Of a DNA stretch of 64,000 nt, positions 16,301-31,620 are shown in pieces. Below the pieces are notes generated by a model. That model made no database searches and had not been told where the DNA came from. It saw nothing but the letters and a program-made list of their open reading frames with translations. Location: the NCBI RefSeq assembly GCF_009914755.1, contig NC_060933.1; one strand, given 5' to 3'. Source of the DNA: the human T2T-CHM13v2.0 reference genome, Homo sapiens. The position numbers and the translations under genes are program-made. Position 1 is the first letter of the stretch. Each line of letters begins with the position of its first letter.

Positions 16301-19300
16301 TAAGGGAATTGAATAGAATCAATCCGAATGTAATGGAATTGAATGGAACGGAATGGAATGGAATGGAATGGAATGCAATGCAATGGAATGGAATGAAATG
16401 AAATGGAATGGTATCAACCCGAGTGCAATGGAATGGAATCGAAAGGAATGGAATGGAATGGAAAGGCTTCACCCCGAATGGAATGGAAAGGAATGGAATC
16501 AACCCGAGTGGAATGGAATGGAATGGAATGGAATGGAATGGAATGGAATGGAATGCAATGGAATGGAATGGAATGGAATCAACCCGATTGCAATGAAATT
16601 GAATGGAATGGAAGGGAATGGAATGGAATTAACCCGAATAGAATGGAATGGAATGGAATGGAATGGTATGGAATGGAATGGATTTGAATGGAATCAACCC
16701 GGGTGCAGGGGAATGCAATTGAATGGAAGGCAATGGAATGCAATCATCCGGAATGGAATGGAATGGAATGGAATGGAATGGTTTCAACCCGAATGGAATG
16801 GAATGGAATGGAATCAACCCGAGTGGAATGGCATGGAATGGAGTGGAATGGAATGGAATGGAATGGAATGGAATGGTATGGAATAGAATGGAATGGAACG
16901 AAATGGAATGGAAGGGCATGGAATGGAATGGAATGGAATCAACCCGACTGCAATGGAATGGAGTGGAATGGAATGGAATGGAATGGAAACAACCCGAATG
17001 GAATGGAATGTAATGGAGTGTAAGGGAATTGAATACAATCAATACGAATGTAATGCAATGGAATGGAACGGAATGGAATGGAATGGAATGGAATGCAGTG
17101 GAATGGAATCAAACCTAGTGCAATGGAATGGAATGGAATGGAATGGAATGGAATGGAATGGAATGGATTCAACCCAAATGGAATGGAAAGCAATGGAATC
17201 AACCCGAGTGGAATGGCATGGAACGGAATGGAATGGAATGGTATGGAATAGAATGGAATGGAAAGAAATGGAATGGAATGGAATGGAATGGAATGGAATG
17301 GAATGGAATGGAAACGAATGGAATGGAATGGAATGGAATAGAATGGAATGGAACGAAATGGAATGGAATGGAACGGAATGGAATGGAATCAATCCGAGTG
17401 GAATAGAAGGGAATGCATTCGAGTAGAATGGAAAGGAATGGAATCAACCAGAGTGGAATGGAAGGGAATGGAATGGAATGGAAACTAATAAAATGGAATC
17501 AACACGAGTGGAATGGAATGGAAAGGACTTGAATGGAATGGAGTGGAATGGAATGGAATCAACTCGATTGCAATGGAATGTAATGGAATGGAATGGAATG
17601 GAATTAATGCGAATAGAATGGATTGGAATGGAATGGAAAGGAATGGAATGGAATGGAATGGAATGGAATGGAATGGAATGGAATCAAACTGAGTGCAGGG
17701 GAATGGAATGGAATGGAATGGAATAGAATGGAATGGAATGGAATGGAATGGAATAGAATGGAATGGAATGGAAGGGAATGGAATGGAATGGAATGGAATG
17801 GAATGGTACAGAATAGAATGGAATGGAACGAAATGGAATGGAATGGAATGGAATGGAACGGAATGGAATGGAATCAACTCGATTACAATGGAATGTAATG
17901 GAATGGAATGGAATGGAATTAACGCGAATAGAATGGAATGGAATGGAATGGAACGGAATGGAATGGAATGGGATGGAATGGAATCAATCTGAGTGCAGGG
18001 GAATGGAATGGAATGGAATGCAATGGAATGGAATGGAATGGAATGGAATTCAATGGAATCAACTAGATTGCAATGGGATGGAATGGAATGGAATGGAATG
18101 GAAGGGAATGGAATGGAATGGAATTAACCTGAATAGAATGGAATGGAATGGAATCGAATGGAACGGAATGGAAGGGAATGGAATGGAATGGAATTAACCT
18201 GAACAGAATAGAATGGAATGGAATGGAACGGAATGGAATGGAATGGAATGGAATGGAATGCAATGGAATGGGATCAACCTGAGTGCAGGGGAATGGAATG
18301 GAATGGAATGCAATGGAATGGAATCAATCAACCCGAGTGCAATAGAATGCAGTGGAATGGAATGGAATGGAATGGAAAGTACCCGAATGGAATGGAATGT
18401 AATGGAGTGTAAGGGAATTAAAAAGAATCAATCCGAATGTAATGTAATGGAATGGAACGGAATGGAATGGAATGGAATGGAATGGAATGGAATGAAATGG
18501 AATGGCATGGAATGGAATGGAATCAACCCGAGTTGAATGGAATGGAATCGAATGGAATGGAATGGAAAGGAATGGATTCAACCCGAATGGAATGGAAAGG
18601 AATGGAATAAACCCGAGTGAAATGGCATGGAAGGGAATGGAATGGAGTGGAATGGTAAGGAATAGAATGGAATGGAACGAAATGGAATGGAATGGAATGG
18701 AATGGAATGGAATGGGTTCAATTCGAATGGAATGGAAAGGAATGGAATCAACCCGAGTGTAATGGCATGGAATGGAATGGAATGGAATGGAATGGAATGG
18801 AATGGATTCAACCCGAATGGAATGGAAAGGAATGGAATAAACCCGAGTGGAATGGCATGGAATGGAGTGGAATGGAATGGAATGGAATGGAATGGAATGG
18901 AATGGTACGGAATAGAATGGAATGGAACGAAATGGAATGGAATGTAATGGAATGGAATGGAATGGAATGAACCCGTGTGCAATGGAATGGAATGGAATGG
19001 AATGGAATGGAATGCAATGGAATGGAACGGAATGGGTTCAACTCGAATGGAACGGAAAGGAATGGAATCAACCCGAGTGGAATGGCATGGAATGGAATGG
19101 AATGGAATGGAATGGAATGGAATGCAATGGAATGAACCCGTGTGCAATGGAATGGAATGGAATGGAATGGAATGGAATGGATTCAAGTCGAATGGAATGG
19201 AAAGGAATGGAATCAACCCGAGTGGAATGGCATGGAATGGAATGGAATGAAATGGAATGGAATGGAATGGAATGGTACGGAATAGAACGGAATGAAACGA

Positions 19301-22300
19301 AATGGAATGGAATGGAATGGAATGGAAAGGAATGGAATGGAATCAACCCGAGTGCAGGGGAATGGAATGGAATGGAAGGCAATGGAATGCAATCATCCGG
19401 AATTGAATGGAATGGAATGGAATGGAATGGAATCAACTCGATTGCAATGGAATGTAATGGAATGTAATGGAATGGAATTAACCCTAATAGAATGGAATGG
19501 AATGGATTGGAAGGGAATGGAATGGAATGGAATGGAATGGAATTAACCGGAATAGAATGCAATGGAATGGAATGGAATGGAATGGAATGGAATGGAATGG
19601 AATGGAATGAAATGGAATCAACTCGATTTCAATGGAATGGAATGGAATGGAATGGAATGGAATGGAATGAAATTAACCCGAATAGAATGGAATGGAATGG
19701 AATGGAATGGAATGGAATGGAATGGAATAGAGTGGAATGGAATGGAATGGAATAGAATGGAATCCACCCGAGTGCAGGGGAATGGAATGGAATGGAATGC
19801 AATGGAATGGAATCATACGGAATGGAATGGAATGGAATGGAATGGAATCAACCCGATTGCAATGGAATGGAGTGGAATGGAATGGAATGGAATGGAAACA
19901 ACCCGAATGGAATGGAATGGAATGGAGTGTAAGGGAATTGAATAGAATCAATACGAATGTAATGGAATGGAATGGAACGGAATGGAATGCAATGGAATGG
20001 AATGGAATCTAATGGAAGGGGTTCAACCCGAGTGCAATGGAATGGAATCGAAAGTAATGGAATGGAATGGAATGGATTCAACACGAATGGAATGGAAAGG
20101 AATGGAATCAACCAGAGTGGAATGGAATTTAATGGAATGGAATGGAACGGAATGCAGTGAAATGGAATCAAACCTAGTGCAATGGAATGGAATGGAATGG
20201 AATGGAATGGAATGGATTAGATTCAACCCAAATGGAATGGAAAGCAATGGAATCAACCCGAGTGGAATGGCATGGAATGGAATGGAATGGAATGGAATGG
20301 AATGGTACGGAATAGAATGGAATGGAACGAAATGGAATGGAATGGAATGGAATGCAATGGAATGGAATGGAATGGAATAGAATGGAATCCACCCGATTGC
20401 AGGGGAATGGAATGGAATGGAATGCAATGGAATGGAATGGAATGGATTCAACCCGAATGGAATGGAAAGGAATGGAATAAACACGAGTGAAATGGCATGG
20501 AAGGGAATGGAATAGAATGGAATGGTATGGAGTAGAATGGAATGGAACGAAATGGAATGGAATGGAGTGGAATGGAATGGAATGGAATGAACCCGTGAGC
20601 AATGGAATGGAATGGAATGGAATGGAATGGAATGGGTTCAACTCGAATGGAATCGAAAGGAATGGAATAAACCCGAGTGGAATGGCATGGAATGGAATGG
20701 AATGGAATGGAATGGAATGGAATGGAATGGAATGGAATGGAATGGAATGGAATGGAATGAAATGGAATGGCAGGGAATGGAATGGAATCAACCCGAGTGC
20801 AAAGGAATGGAATGGAATGGAATGGAATGGAATGGAATGGATTCAACCCGAATGGAATGGAAAGGAATGGAATAAACCTGAGTGGAATGGCAAGGAATGG
20901 AATGGAATGGAATGGAATGGTACGGAATAGAATGGAATGGAACGAAATGGAATGGAATGGAATGGAATGGAATGGAATCAACCTGAGTGCAATGGAATGG
21001 AGTGGAATGGAATGTAATGGAATGGAAACAACCCGAATGGAATGGAATGTAATGGAGTGTAAGGGAATTGAATACAATCAATCCGAATGTAATGGAATGG
21101 AATGGAACGGAATGGAATAGAATGGAATGCAGTGGAATGGAATCAAACCTAGTGCAATGGAATGGAATGGAATGGAATGGAATGGAATGGAATGGAATGG
21201 ATTGGATTCAACCCAAATGGAATGGAAAGCAATGGAATAAACCCGAGTGGAATGGCATGGAAGGCAATGGAATGGAATGGAATGGTAAGGAATAGAATGG
21301 AATGGAACGAAATGGAATGGAATGGAATGGAATGGAATGAAATGGAATGGAATGAACCCGTGTGCAATGGAATGGAATGGAATGGAATGGAATGGAATGG
21401 GTTCAACTAGAATGGAATGGAAAGGAATGGAATCAACCCGAGTGGAATGGCATGGAATGGAATGGAATGGAATGGAGTGAAATGGAATGGAAGGGAATGG
21501 ATTGAAATGGAATGGAATGGAATGGAATCAACCCGAGTGCAATGTAATGGAATTGAATGGAATGGAATGGAATGTAATGGAATGAATTCAACACGAATGG
21601 AATGGAAAGGAATGGAAAAAACCCGAGTGGAATGGCAAGGAATGGAGTGGAATGGAATGGAATGGAATACTACGGAAGAGAATGGAATGGAACGAAATGG
21701 AATGGAATGGAATGGAATGGGTTCAACTCGAATGGAATGGAATGGAATGGGTTCAACTCGAAAGGAATGGAAAAGAAAGGAATCAACCCGAGTGGAATGG
21801 CATGGAATGGAATGGAATGGAATGGAATGGAATGGAATGGAATGGAATGGTACGGAATAGAATGGAATGGAACGAAATGGAATGGAATGGAATGGAATGG
21901 AATGGAATGGAATGGAATGGAATGGAATGGAATGGAATCAACCCGAGTGCAGGGGAATGGAATGGAATGGAAGGCAATGGAAGGGAATCATCAGGAATTG
22001 AATGGAATGGAATGGAATGGAATGGAATGGAATGGAATGGAATGAACTCGATTGAAATGGAATGGAATGGAATGGAAAGGAATGGAATGGAATGGAATGG
22101 AAAGGAATGGAATTAACCCTAATAGAATGGAATGGAATGGAATGGAATGGAATGGAATGGAATGGAATGGAATTAACCCGAATAGAATGGAATGGATTGG
22201 AATGGAATGGAATGGAATGGAATGGAATGGAATGGAATGGAATGGAATCAACTCGATTTCAATGGAATGGAATGGAAAGGAATGGAATGGAATGAAAGGG

Positions 22301-24800
22301 AATGGAATGGAATGGAATGAAATTAAGCCGAATAGAATGGAATGGAATGGCATGGAATGGAATGGAATGGAATGGAATAGAATGGAATCCATCCGAGTGC
22401 AGGGGAATGGAATGGAATGGAATGCAATGGAATGGAATCATACGGAAAGGAATGGAATGGAATGGAATGGAATGGATTCAACCCGAATGGAATGGAAAGG
22501 AACGGAATCAACCCGAGTGGAATGGCATGGAATGGAATGCAATGGAATGGAATGGAATGTTACGGAATAGAAAGGAATGGAACGAAATGGAATGGAATGG
22601 AATGGAATGGAATGGAATGGAATCAACCTGACTGAAATGGAATGGAGTGGAATGGAATGTAATGGACTGGAAACAGCCCGAATGGAATGGAATGTAATGG
22701 AGTGTAAGGGAATTGAGTACAATCAGTACGAATGTAATGGAATGGAATGGAACGGAATGGAATGGAATGGAAAGGAATGGAATCAACACGAGTGCAGGGG
22801 AATGGAATGGAATGGAATGCAATGGAATGGAATCATCCTGAATGGAATGGAATGCAATGGAATGGAATGGAATGTAATGGAATCAACCCGAGTGCAGAGG
22901 AATGGAATGGAATGGAAGGCAATGGATTGGAATGAAATGGAATGGCATGGAATGGAATGGAATCAACCCGAGTTCAATGGAATTGAATGGAATGGAATGG
23001 AATGGAATGGAATGGAATCAACTCTTTTGCAATGGAATGGAATGGAATGGAATGGAATGGAATGGAATGGAATGGAATTAACCCTAATAGAATGGAATGG
23101 AATGGAATGAAAAGGAATGGAATGGAATGGAATGGAAGGGAATGGAATGGAATGGAATGGAATTAACCCGAATAGAATGGAATGGAATGGAATTGAATGG
23201 AATGGAATGGAATGGAATCAACTCGATTTCAATGGAATGGAATGGAATGGAATGGAATGGAATGGAATGGAATGGAATGGAATAGAATGGAATCCACCCG
23301 AGTGCAGGGGAATGGAATGGAATAGAATGCAATGGAATGGAATCATACTGAATGGAATGGAATGGAATGGAATGGAAACAACCCGAATGGAATGGAATGT
23401 GATGGATTGTAAGGGAATTGAATAAAAAAAATCCGAATGTAATGGAATTGAATGGAACGGAATGGAATGGATTGGAATGGAATGGAATGGAATGGAATGG
23501 AATGGAATGGAATGCAATGGAATGGGATCAACCCGACTGCAATGGAATGGAATCAAAAGGAATGGAATGGAATGGAAAGGCTTCACCCGGAATGGAATGG
23601 AAAGGAATGGAATCAACCCGAGTGGAATGGAATGGAATGGAATGGAATGGAATGGAATGGAATGGAATGCAATGGAATGGAACGGAATGGAATCAACCCG
23701 ATTGCAATGAAATTGAATGGAATGGAATGGAATGGAATGGAATTAACCCGAATAGAATGGAATGGAATTGAATGGAATGGTATGGAATGGAATGGAACGG
23801 AATGGAATGGAATGGAATTGAATGGAATCAACCCGGGTGCAGGGGAATGCAATTGAAAGGAAGGCAATGGAATGCAATCATCCGGAATGGAATGGAATGG
23901 AATGGAATGGAATGGTTTCAACCCGAATGGAATGGAATGGAAAGGAATCAACCCGAGAGGAATGGCATGGAATGGAATGGAATGGAATGGAATAGAATGG
24001 AATGGAATGGTATGGAATAGAATGGAATGGAACGAAATGGAATGGAAGGGAATGGAATGGAATGGAATGGAATCAACCCGACTGCAATGGAATGGAGTGG
24101 AATGGAAAGGAATGGAATGGAAACAACCCGAATGGAATGGAATGTAATGGAGTGTAAGGGAATTGAATACAATCAATACGAATGTAATGGAATGGAATGG
24201 AACGGAATGGAATGGAATGGAATGGAATGGAATGCAGTGGAATGGAATCAAACCTAGTGCAATGGAATGGAATGCAATGGAAAGGAATGGAATGGAATGG
24301 AATGGAATGGAATGGAATGGAATGGAATGGAATGGAATGGATTCAACGCAAATGGAATGGAAAGCAATGGAATGAACCCGAGTGCAATGGCATGGAACGG
24401 AATGGAATGGAATGGTATGGAATAGAATGGAATGGAAAGAAATGGAATGGAATGGAATAGAATGGAACAGGAATGGAATGGAAAGGAATGGACTGGAATG
24501 GAATGGAATAGAATGGAATGGAACGAAATGGAATGGAATGGAACGGAATGGAATGGAATCAATCCGAGTGGAATAGAAGGGAATGCAATCGAGTAGAATG
24601 GAAAGGAATGGAATCAACCAGAGTGGAATGGAAGGGAATGGAATGGAATGGAAACTAATAAAATGGAATCAACACGAGTGGAATGGAATGGAAAGGACTT
24701 GAATGGAATGGAATGGAATGGAATGGAATCAACTCGATTGCAATGGAATGTAATGGAATGGAATGGAATGGAATTAATGCGAATAGAATGGATTGGAATG
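10311..24800 (+). repeat. Marker module recurring at about 7.1 kb spacing (about 10.3, 17.4 and 24.6 kb)
   Basis: ATGGAAACTAATAAAATGGAATCAACACGAG...AAAGGACTTGAA...TTAATGCGAA begins at 10,401, 17,478 and 24,648 (offsets 7,077 and 7,170). The flanking block 16.0-17.8 kb matches 23.1-24.9 kb (CTTCACCC at 16,467 and 23,581; CCCGGGTGC at 16,698 and 23,832). Confidence 0.8.
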
Positions 24801-25590
24801 GAATGGAACGGAATGGAATGGAATGGAATGGAATGGAATCAAAATGAGTGCAGGGGAATGGAATGGAATGGAATGGAATAGAATGGAATGGAATGGAAGG
24901 GAATGGAATGGAATGGAATTAACCTGAACAGAATGGAATGGAATGGAATGGAACGGAATGGAATGGAATGGAATGGAATGGAATCCACCCGAGTTCAGGG
25001 GAATGGAATGGAATGGAATGCAATGGAATGGAATCAATCAACCCGAGTGCAATAGAATGCAGTGGAATGGAATGGAATGGAATGGAATGGAAAGTACACG
25101 AATGGAATGGAATGTAATGGAGTGTAAGGCAATTAAAAAGAATCAATACGAATGTTATTGAATGGAATGGAACGGAATAGAATGGAATGGAATGGAATGG
25201 AATGGAATGAAATGGAATGGAATGGAATGGAATGGAATCAACCCGAGTGCAATGGAATGGAATCGAATGGAATGGAAGGGAATGTAATGGATTGAACCCG
25301 AATGGAATGGAAAGGAATGGAATAAACCCGAGTGGAATGGCATGGAATGGAATGGAATGGAATGGAATGGTACGGAATAGAATGGAAAAGAACGAAATGG
25401 AATGGAATGGAATGGAATGGAATGAACCCGTGTGCAATGGAATGGAATGGAATGGATTGGAATGGAATGGGTTCAACTCGAAAGGAATGGAAAGGAATGG
25501 AATCAACCCGAGTGGAATGGCATGGAATGGAATGGAAAGGAATGGTATGGAATGGAATGGAATGGAATGGAATGGAATGGAATGGAATGG

Positions 25591-25749
25591 AATGGAATGA
25601 AATGGAATGGAATGGAATGGAATGGAATCAACCCGAGTGTAATGTAATGGAATGGAATGGAATGGAATGGAATGGAATGAAATGGAATGGAATGGAATGG
25701 AATGGAATCAACCCGAGTGTAATGTAATGGAATGGAATGGAATGGAATG
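25591..25749 (+). repeat. 80-bp tandem micro-duplication
   Basis: GAAATGG...ATCAACCCGAGTGTAATGTAATGG occurs twice, with ACCCGAGTGT at 25,631 and 25,711. Confidence 0.75.
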
Positions 25750-28700
25750 GAATGGAATGGATTCAACCCAAATGGAATGGAAAGGAATGGAATCAACCCG
25801 AGTGGCATGGCATGGAATGGACTGGAATGGAATGGAATGGAATGGAATGGTACGGAATAGAATGGAATGGAACGAAATGGAATGGAATGGAATGGAATGG
25901 AATGGAATGGAATGGAATGGAATGAACCCGTGTGCAATGGAATGGAATCGAATGGAATGGAATGGAATGGAAAGGATAGAACTCGAATGGAATGGAAAGG
26001 AATGAAATCAACCCGAGTGGAATGGCATGGACTGGAATGGAATGGAATGGCATGGAATGGAATGGAATTGAATTGTACGGATTAGAATCGAATGGAATGA
26101 AATGGAATGGAATGGAATGGAATGGAATGGAATGGAATGGAAACAAACCGAGTGCATGATAATGGAATGGAATGAAAGGCAATGGAATGGAATCATCCGG
26201 AATGGAATGGAATGGAATGGAATGGAATGGAATGGAATGGAATGGAATCAACTCGATTTCAATGGAATGGAATGGAATGGAATGCAATGCAATGGAAAGG
26301 AATGGAATGGAATGGAATGAAATTAACCCGAATAGAATGGAATGGAATGGAATGGAATGGAATGGAATGGAATGGAATGGAATGGAATAGAATGGAATCC
26401 ACCCGAGTGCATGGGAATGGAATGGAATGGAATGCAATGGAATGGAATCATACGGAATGGAATGGAATGGAATGGAATGCAATGGAATGGAATGGAATCA
26501 ACCCGATTGCAATGGAATGGAGTGGAATGGAATGGAATGGAATGGAAACAACCCGAATGGAATGTAATGTAATGGAGAGTAAGGCAATTGAATAGAATCA
26601 ATACGAATGTAATGGAATGGAATGGAACGGAATGGAATGCAATGGAATGGAATGGAATGCAATGGAATGGGATCAACCCGAGTGAAATGGAATGGAATCG
26701 AAAGGAATGGAATGGAATGGAATGGTTTCAACCCGAATGGAATGGAAAGGAATGGAATCAACCCGAGTGGAATGGAATGGAATGGAATGGAATGGAATTG
26801 GTTAAACTCGAATGGAATGGAAAGGAATGGAATCAACCCGAGTGGAATGGCATGGAATGGAATGGAATGGAAAGTTACGGAATAGAATGGAATGGAACGA
26901 AATGGAATGGAATGGAATGGAATGAATGGAATGGAATGGAATAGAATGGAATCCACCCGATTGCAGGGGAATGGAATGGAACGGAATGAAATGGAATGGA
27001 ATGGAATGGATTCAACCCGAATGGAATGGAAAGGAATGGAATCAACCCGAGTGGAATGGCATGGAATGGAATGGAATGGAATGGAATGGTACGGAATAGA
27101 ATGGAATGGAACGAAATGGAATGGAATGGAATGGAATGGAATGGAATGGAATGGAATGGAACGAAATGAAATGGAATGTAATGGAATGGAAAGGAATGGA
27201 ATTAACGCGAATAGAATAGAATGGAATGTAATGGAACGGAATGGAATGGAATGGGATGGAATGGAATCAATCTGAGTGCAGGGGAATGGAATGGAATGGA
27301 ATGCAATGGAATGGAATGGAATGGAATGGAATGCAATGGAATCAACTAGATTGCAATGGGATGGAATGGAATGGAATGGAATGGAAGGGAATGGAATGGA
27401 ATGGAATTAACCTGAACAGAATGGAATGGAATGGAATGGAAAGGAAAGGAAGGGAATAGAATGGAATGGAATTAACCTGAACAGAATATAATGGAATGGA
27501 ATGGAACGGAATGGAATGGAATGGAATGGAATGGAATGGAATGCAATGCAATGGGATCAACCCGAGTGCAGGGGAATGGAATGGAATGGAATGCAATGGA
27601 ATGGAATCAATCAACCCGAGTGCAATAGAATGCAGTGGAATGGAATGGAATGGAATGTAAAGTACCCGAATGGAATGGAATGTAATGGAGTGTAAGGGAA
27701 TTAAAAAGAATCAATCCGAATGGAATGGAATGGAATGGAACGGAATGGAATGGAATGGAATGGAATCGAATGGAATGGAATGGAATGGAATGAAATGGAA
27801 TGGCATGGAATGGAATGGAATCAACCCGAGTTCAATGGATTGGAATCGAATGGAATGGAATGGAATGGAATGGATTCAACCCGAATGGAATGGAAAGGAA
27901 TGGAATAAACCCGAGTGAAATGGCATGGAAGGGAATGGAATGGAATGGAATGGTAAGGAATAGAATGGAATGGAACGAAATGGAATGGAATGGAATGGAA
28001 TGGAATGGAATGGAATGAACCCGTGTGCAATGGAATGGAATGGAATGGAATGGAATGGAATGGAATGGAATGGGTTCAACTAGAATGGAATGGAAAGGAA
28101 TGGAATCAACCCGAGTGGAATGGCATGGAATGGAATGGAATGGAATGGAATGGAATGGAATGAAATGGAATGGAAGGGAATGGATTGAAATGGAATGGAA
28201 TGGAATGGAATCAACCCGAGTGCAATGTAATGGAATTGAATGGAATGGAATGGAATGGAATGGATTCAACCCGAATGGAATGGAAAGGAATGGAATAAAC
28301 CCGAGTGGAATGGCATGGAATGGAGTGGAATGGAATGGAATGGAATACTACGGAAGAGAATGGAATGGAATGAAATGGAATGGAATGGAATGGAATGGAA
28401 TGGAATGAACACGTGAGCAATGGAATGGAATCGAATGGAATGGAATGGAATGGAATGGATTCAACTCGAATGGAATGGAAAGGAATGGAATCAACCCGAG
28501 TGGAATGGCATGGAATGGAATGGAATGGAATGGAATGGAACGGAATGGAATGGAATCAACTCGATTGCAAAGGAATGTAATGGAATGGAATGGAACGGAA
28601 TTAACGCAAATAGAATGGAATGGAAAGGAATGGAACGGAATGGAATGGAAAGGAATAGAATGGAATCAAACTGAGTGCAGGGGAATGGAATGGAATGGAA

Positions 28701-29330
28701 TGCAATGGAATGGAATGGAATGCAATGGAATCACCTCGATTGCAATGGGATGGAATGGAATGGAATGGAATGGAAGGGAATGGAATGGAATGGAATTAAC
28801 CTGAACAGAATGGAATGGAATGGAATGGAATGGAATGGAATGGAATGGAATGCAATGGAATGGAATCAATCAACCCGAGTGCAATAGAATGCAGTGGAAT
28901 GGAATGGAATGGAATGGAAAGTACCCGAATGGAATGGAATGTAATGTAGTGTAAGGGAATTAAAAAGAATCAATCCGGATGTAATGGAATGGAATTGAAA
29001 GGAAAGGAATGGAATGGAATGGAATGGAATGGAATGGAATGAAATGGAATAGCATAGAATGGAATGGAATCAACCCGAGCGCAATGGAATGGAATGGAAT
29101 GGAATGGAATGGAATGGAATGGAATGGATTCAACCCGAATGGAATGGAAAGGAATGGAATAAACCCGAGTGAAATGGCATGGAAGGGAATGGAATGGAAT
29201 GGAATGGTACGGAGTAGAATGGAATGGAACGAAATGGAATGGAATGGAATGGAATGGAATGGAATGGAATGGAATGGAATGAACCCGTGAACAATGGAAT
29301 GGAATGGAATGGAATGGAATGGAATGGAAT

Positions 29331-31620
29331 GGAATGCAAAGCAATGGAATCAACTCGATTGCAATGGAATGGAATGGAATGGAAAGGATTAGAATGGAAT
29401 CAACCCGAGTGGAATGGAATGGAAAGGACTGGAATGGAGTGGAATGGAATGGAACGGAATGGAATGGAATCAACTCGATTGGAATGGAGTAGAATGGAAT
29501 TTGAATGGAATGGAATGGAATGGAATGGAATTAACCCGATAAGAATGGAATGGAATGGAATGGAACGGAATGGAATGGAATGGAATGGAATGGAATCAAC
29601 CCGACTGCACGGGAATGGAATGTAATGGAACGCAATGGAATGGAATCATCCGGAACGGAATGAAATGGAATGGAATGGAATCAACTCGATTGCAATGGAA
29701 TGGAATGGAATGGAATGGAATGGAAAGGAATGGAATGGAATGGAATGGACTGGAATTAACCCGAATAGAATGGAATGGAATGGAATGGAAAGGAATGGAA
29801 GGGAATGGAATGGAATGTAATCAACCCGAGTGCAGGGGAATGGAATGGAATTGAATGCAATGGAATGGAATCATCCGGAATGGAATGGAATGGAATGGAA
29901 TGGAATGAACCCGATGCAATGGAATGGAATGGAATGGAATGGAATGGAATAGAATGGAATGGAATGGAATGGAAAAATCCCGAATGGAATGGAATGTAAT
30001 GGTGTGTAAGGGAATTGAATAGAATCAGTCCGAATGTAATGGAATGGAATGGAATGAAATGGAATGGAATGGAATGGAATGGAATCAAACCGAGTGCAAT
30101 GGAATGGATTCGAAAGGAATGGAATGGAATGGAAAGTAATAGAATGGAATCAACCCGAGTGGAATGGAATGGAAAGGACTGGAATGGACTGGAATGGAAT
30201 GGAATGGAATGGAATCAAATCGATTGGAATGGAATGGAATGGAATGGAATGGAATCAACTCGATTGCAATGGAATGGAATGGAATGGAATGGAATGGAAT
30301 GGAATGGATTGGAATTAACCCGAATAGAATGGAATGGAATGGAATGGAACGGAAAGTAATGGAATGAAATGGAATGGAATCAACCCGAGTGCAGGGGAAT
30401 GGAATGGAATGGAATGCAATGGAATGGAATCATCCGGAATGGAATGGAATGGAATGGAATGGAATGGAATGGAATGGAATGGAATCAACTCGATTGCAAT
30501 GGAATGGAATGGAATGGAAAGGAATGGAAGGGAATGGAGTGGAATGTAATCAACCCGAGTGCAGGGGAATGGAATGGAATGGAATGCAATGGAATGGAAT
30601 CATCCGGAATGGAATGGAATGGAATGGAATGCAATCAACCCAATGCAATGGAATGGAGTGGAATGGAATGGAATGGAATGGAAACATCCCGAATGGAATG
30701 GAATGTAATGGAGTGTAAGGGAATTGAATAGAATCAATCCGAATTTAATGGAATGGAATGGAATGAAATCGAATGGAATGGAATGGAATGGAATCAACCC
30801 GAGTGCAATGGAATGGATACGAATGGAATGGAATGGAATGGAATGGATTCAACAAGAATGGAATGGAAAGGAATGGAATCAACCCGAGTGTAATGGCATG
30901 GAATGGAATGGAATGGAATGGAATGGGATGGAATGGAATGGTACGGAATACAATGGAATGGAATGAAATGGAATGGAATGGAATGGAATGGAATGGAATG
31001 GAATGGAATGGAATGACCCCGTGTGCAATGTAATGGAATGGAATGGAATGGAATGGATTCATCTCGAATGGAATCAACTCGATTGCAATGGAATGGAATG
31101 GAATGGAAAGGAATAGAATGGAATCAACCCGAGTGGAATGGAATGGAAAGGACTGGTATGGAGTGGAATGGAATGGAATGGAATTAACCCGAATAGAATG
31201 GAATGGAATGGAATGGAACGGAATGTAATGGAATGGAATGGAATGGATTCAACCCGAGGGCAGGGGAATGGAATGGATTGGAATGCAATGGAATGGAATC
31301 ATCCGGAATGGAATGGAATGGAATGGAATGGAATGGAATGGAATGGAATGGAATCAACTCGATTTCAATGGAATGGAATGGAATAGAATGGAATGGAATT
31401 AACACGAATAGAATGGAATGGAATGGAATGGAATGGAATGGAATGGAATGGAATGGAACTGAAAGGAATGGAATGGAATGGATTGGAATCAACCCAAGTG
31501 CAGGGGAATGTAATGGAACGGAATGCAATGGAATGGAATCATCCGGAATGGAATGGAATGGAATGGAATGGAATGGAATCAACCCGAGTGCAATGCAATG
31601 GAGTGGAATGGAATGGAATC
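29331..31620 (+). repeat. Transition zone between HSat3 variant domains
   Basis: First GCAAAGCAATGGAATCAACTCG module (about 29,336; it recurs in the right domain at about 36,052, 45,107, 47,768 and 52,604). A degenerate left-type GACCCCGTGTGC is still present at about 31,016. Limits are approximate. Confidence 0.6.

Larger units (their letters stand above)
1..29330 (+). repeat. HSat3 left domain (variant set A), older diverged patchwork
   Basis: Characteristic motifs: GAACCCGTGTGC, GGGTTCAACTCG, ATCAATCAACCCGAGTGCAATAGAATGCAG, AAAGTACCCG, GGGAATTAAAAAG, AAACCTAGTG, TTAACCTGAACAG, ATCATACGG and TTAACCCTAAT. Last AAAGTACCCG is at about 28,918 and last GAACCCGTG at 29,281. Confidence 0.85.

Noticed and set aside
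1861-23090. TTAACCCTAAT as a DUX4 site; AATAAA hexamers in GGAATAAACCC as polyadenylation signals
   Set aside because: The first does not match TAA(C/T)C(C/T)AATCA. The second arises from a single C>A change in the common decamer and has no downstream GU/U-rich element or gene context.
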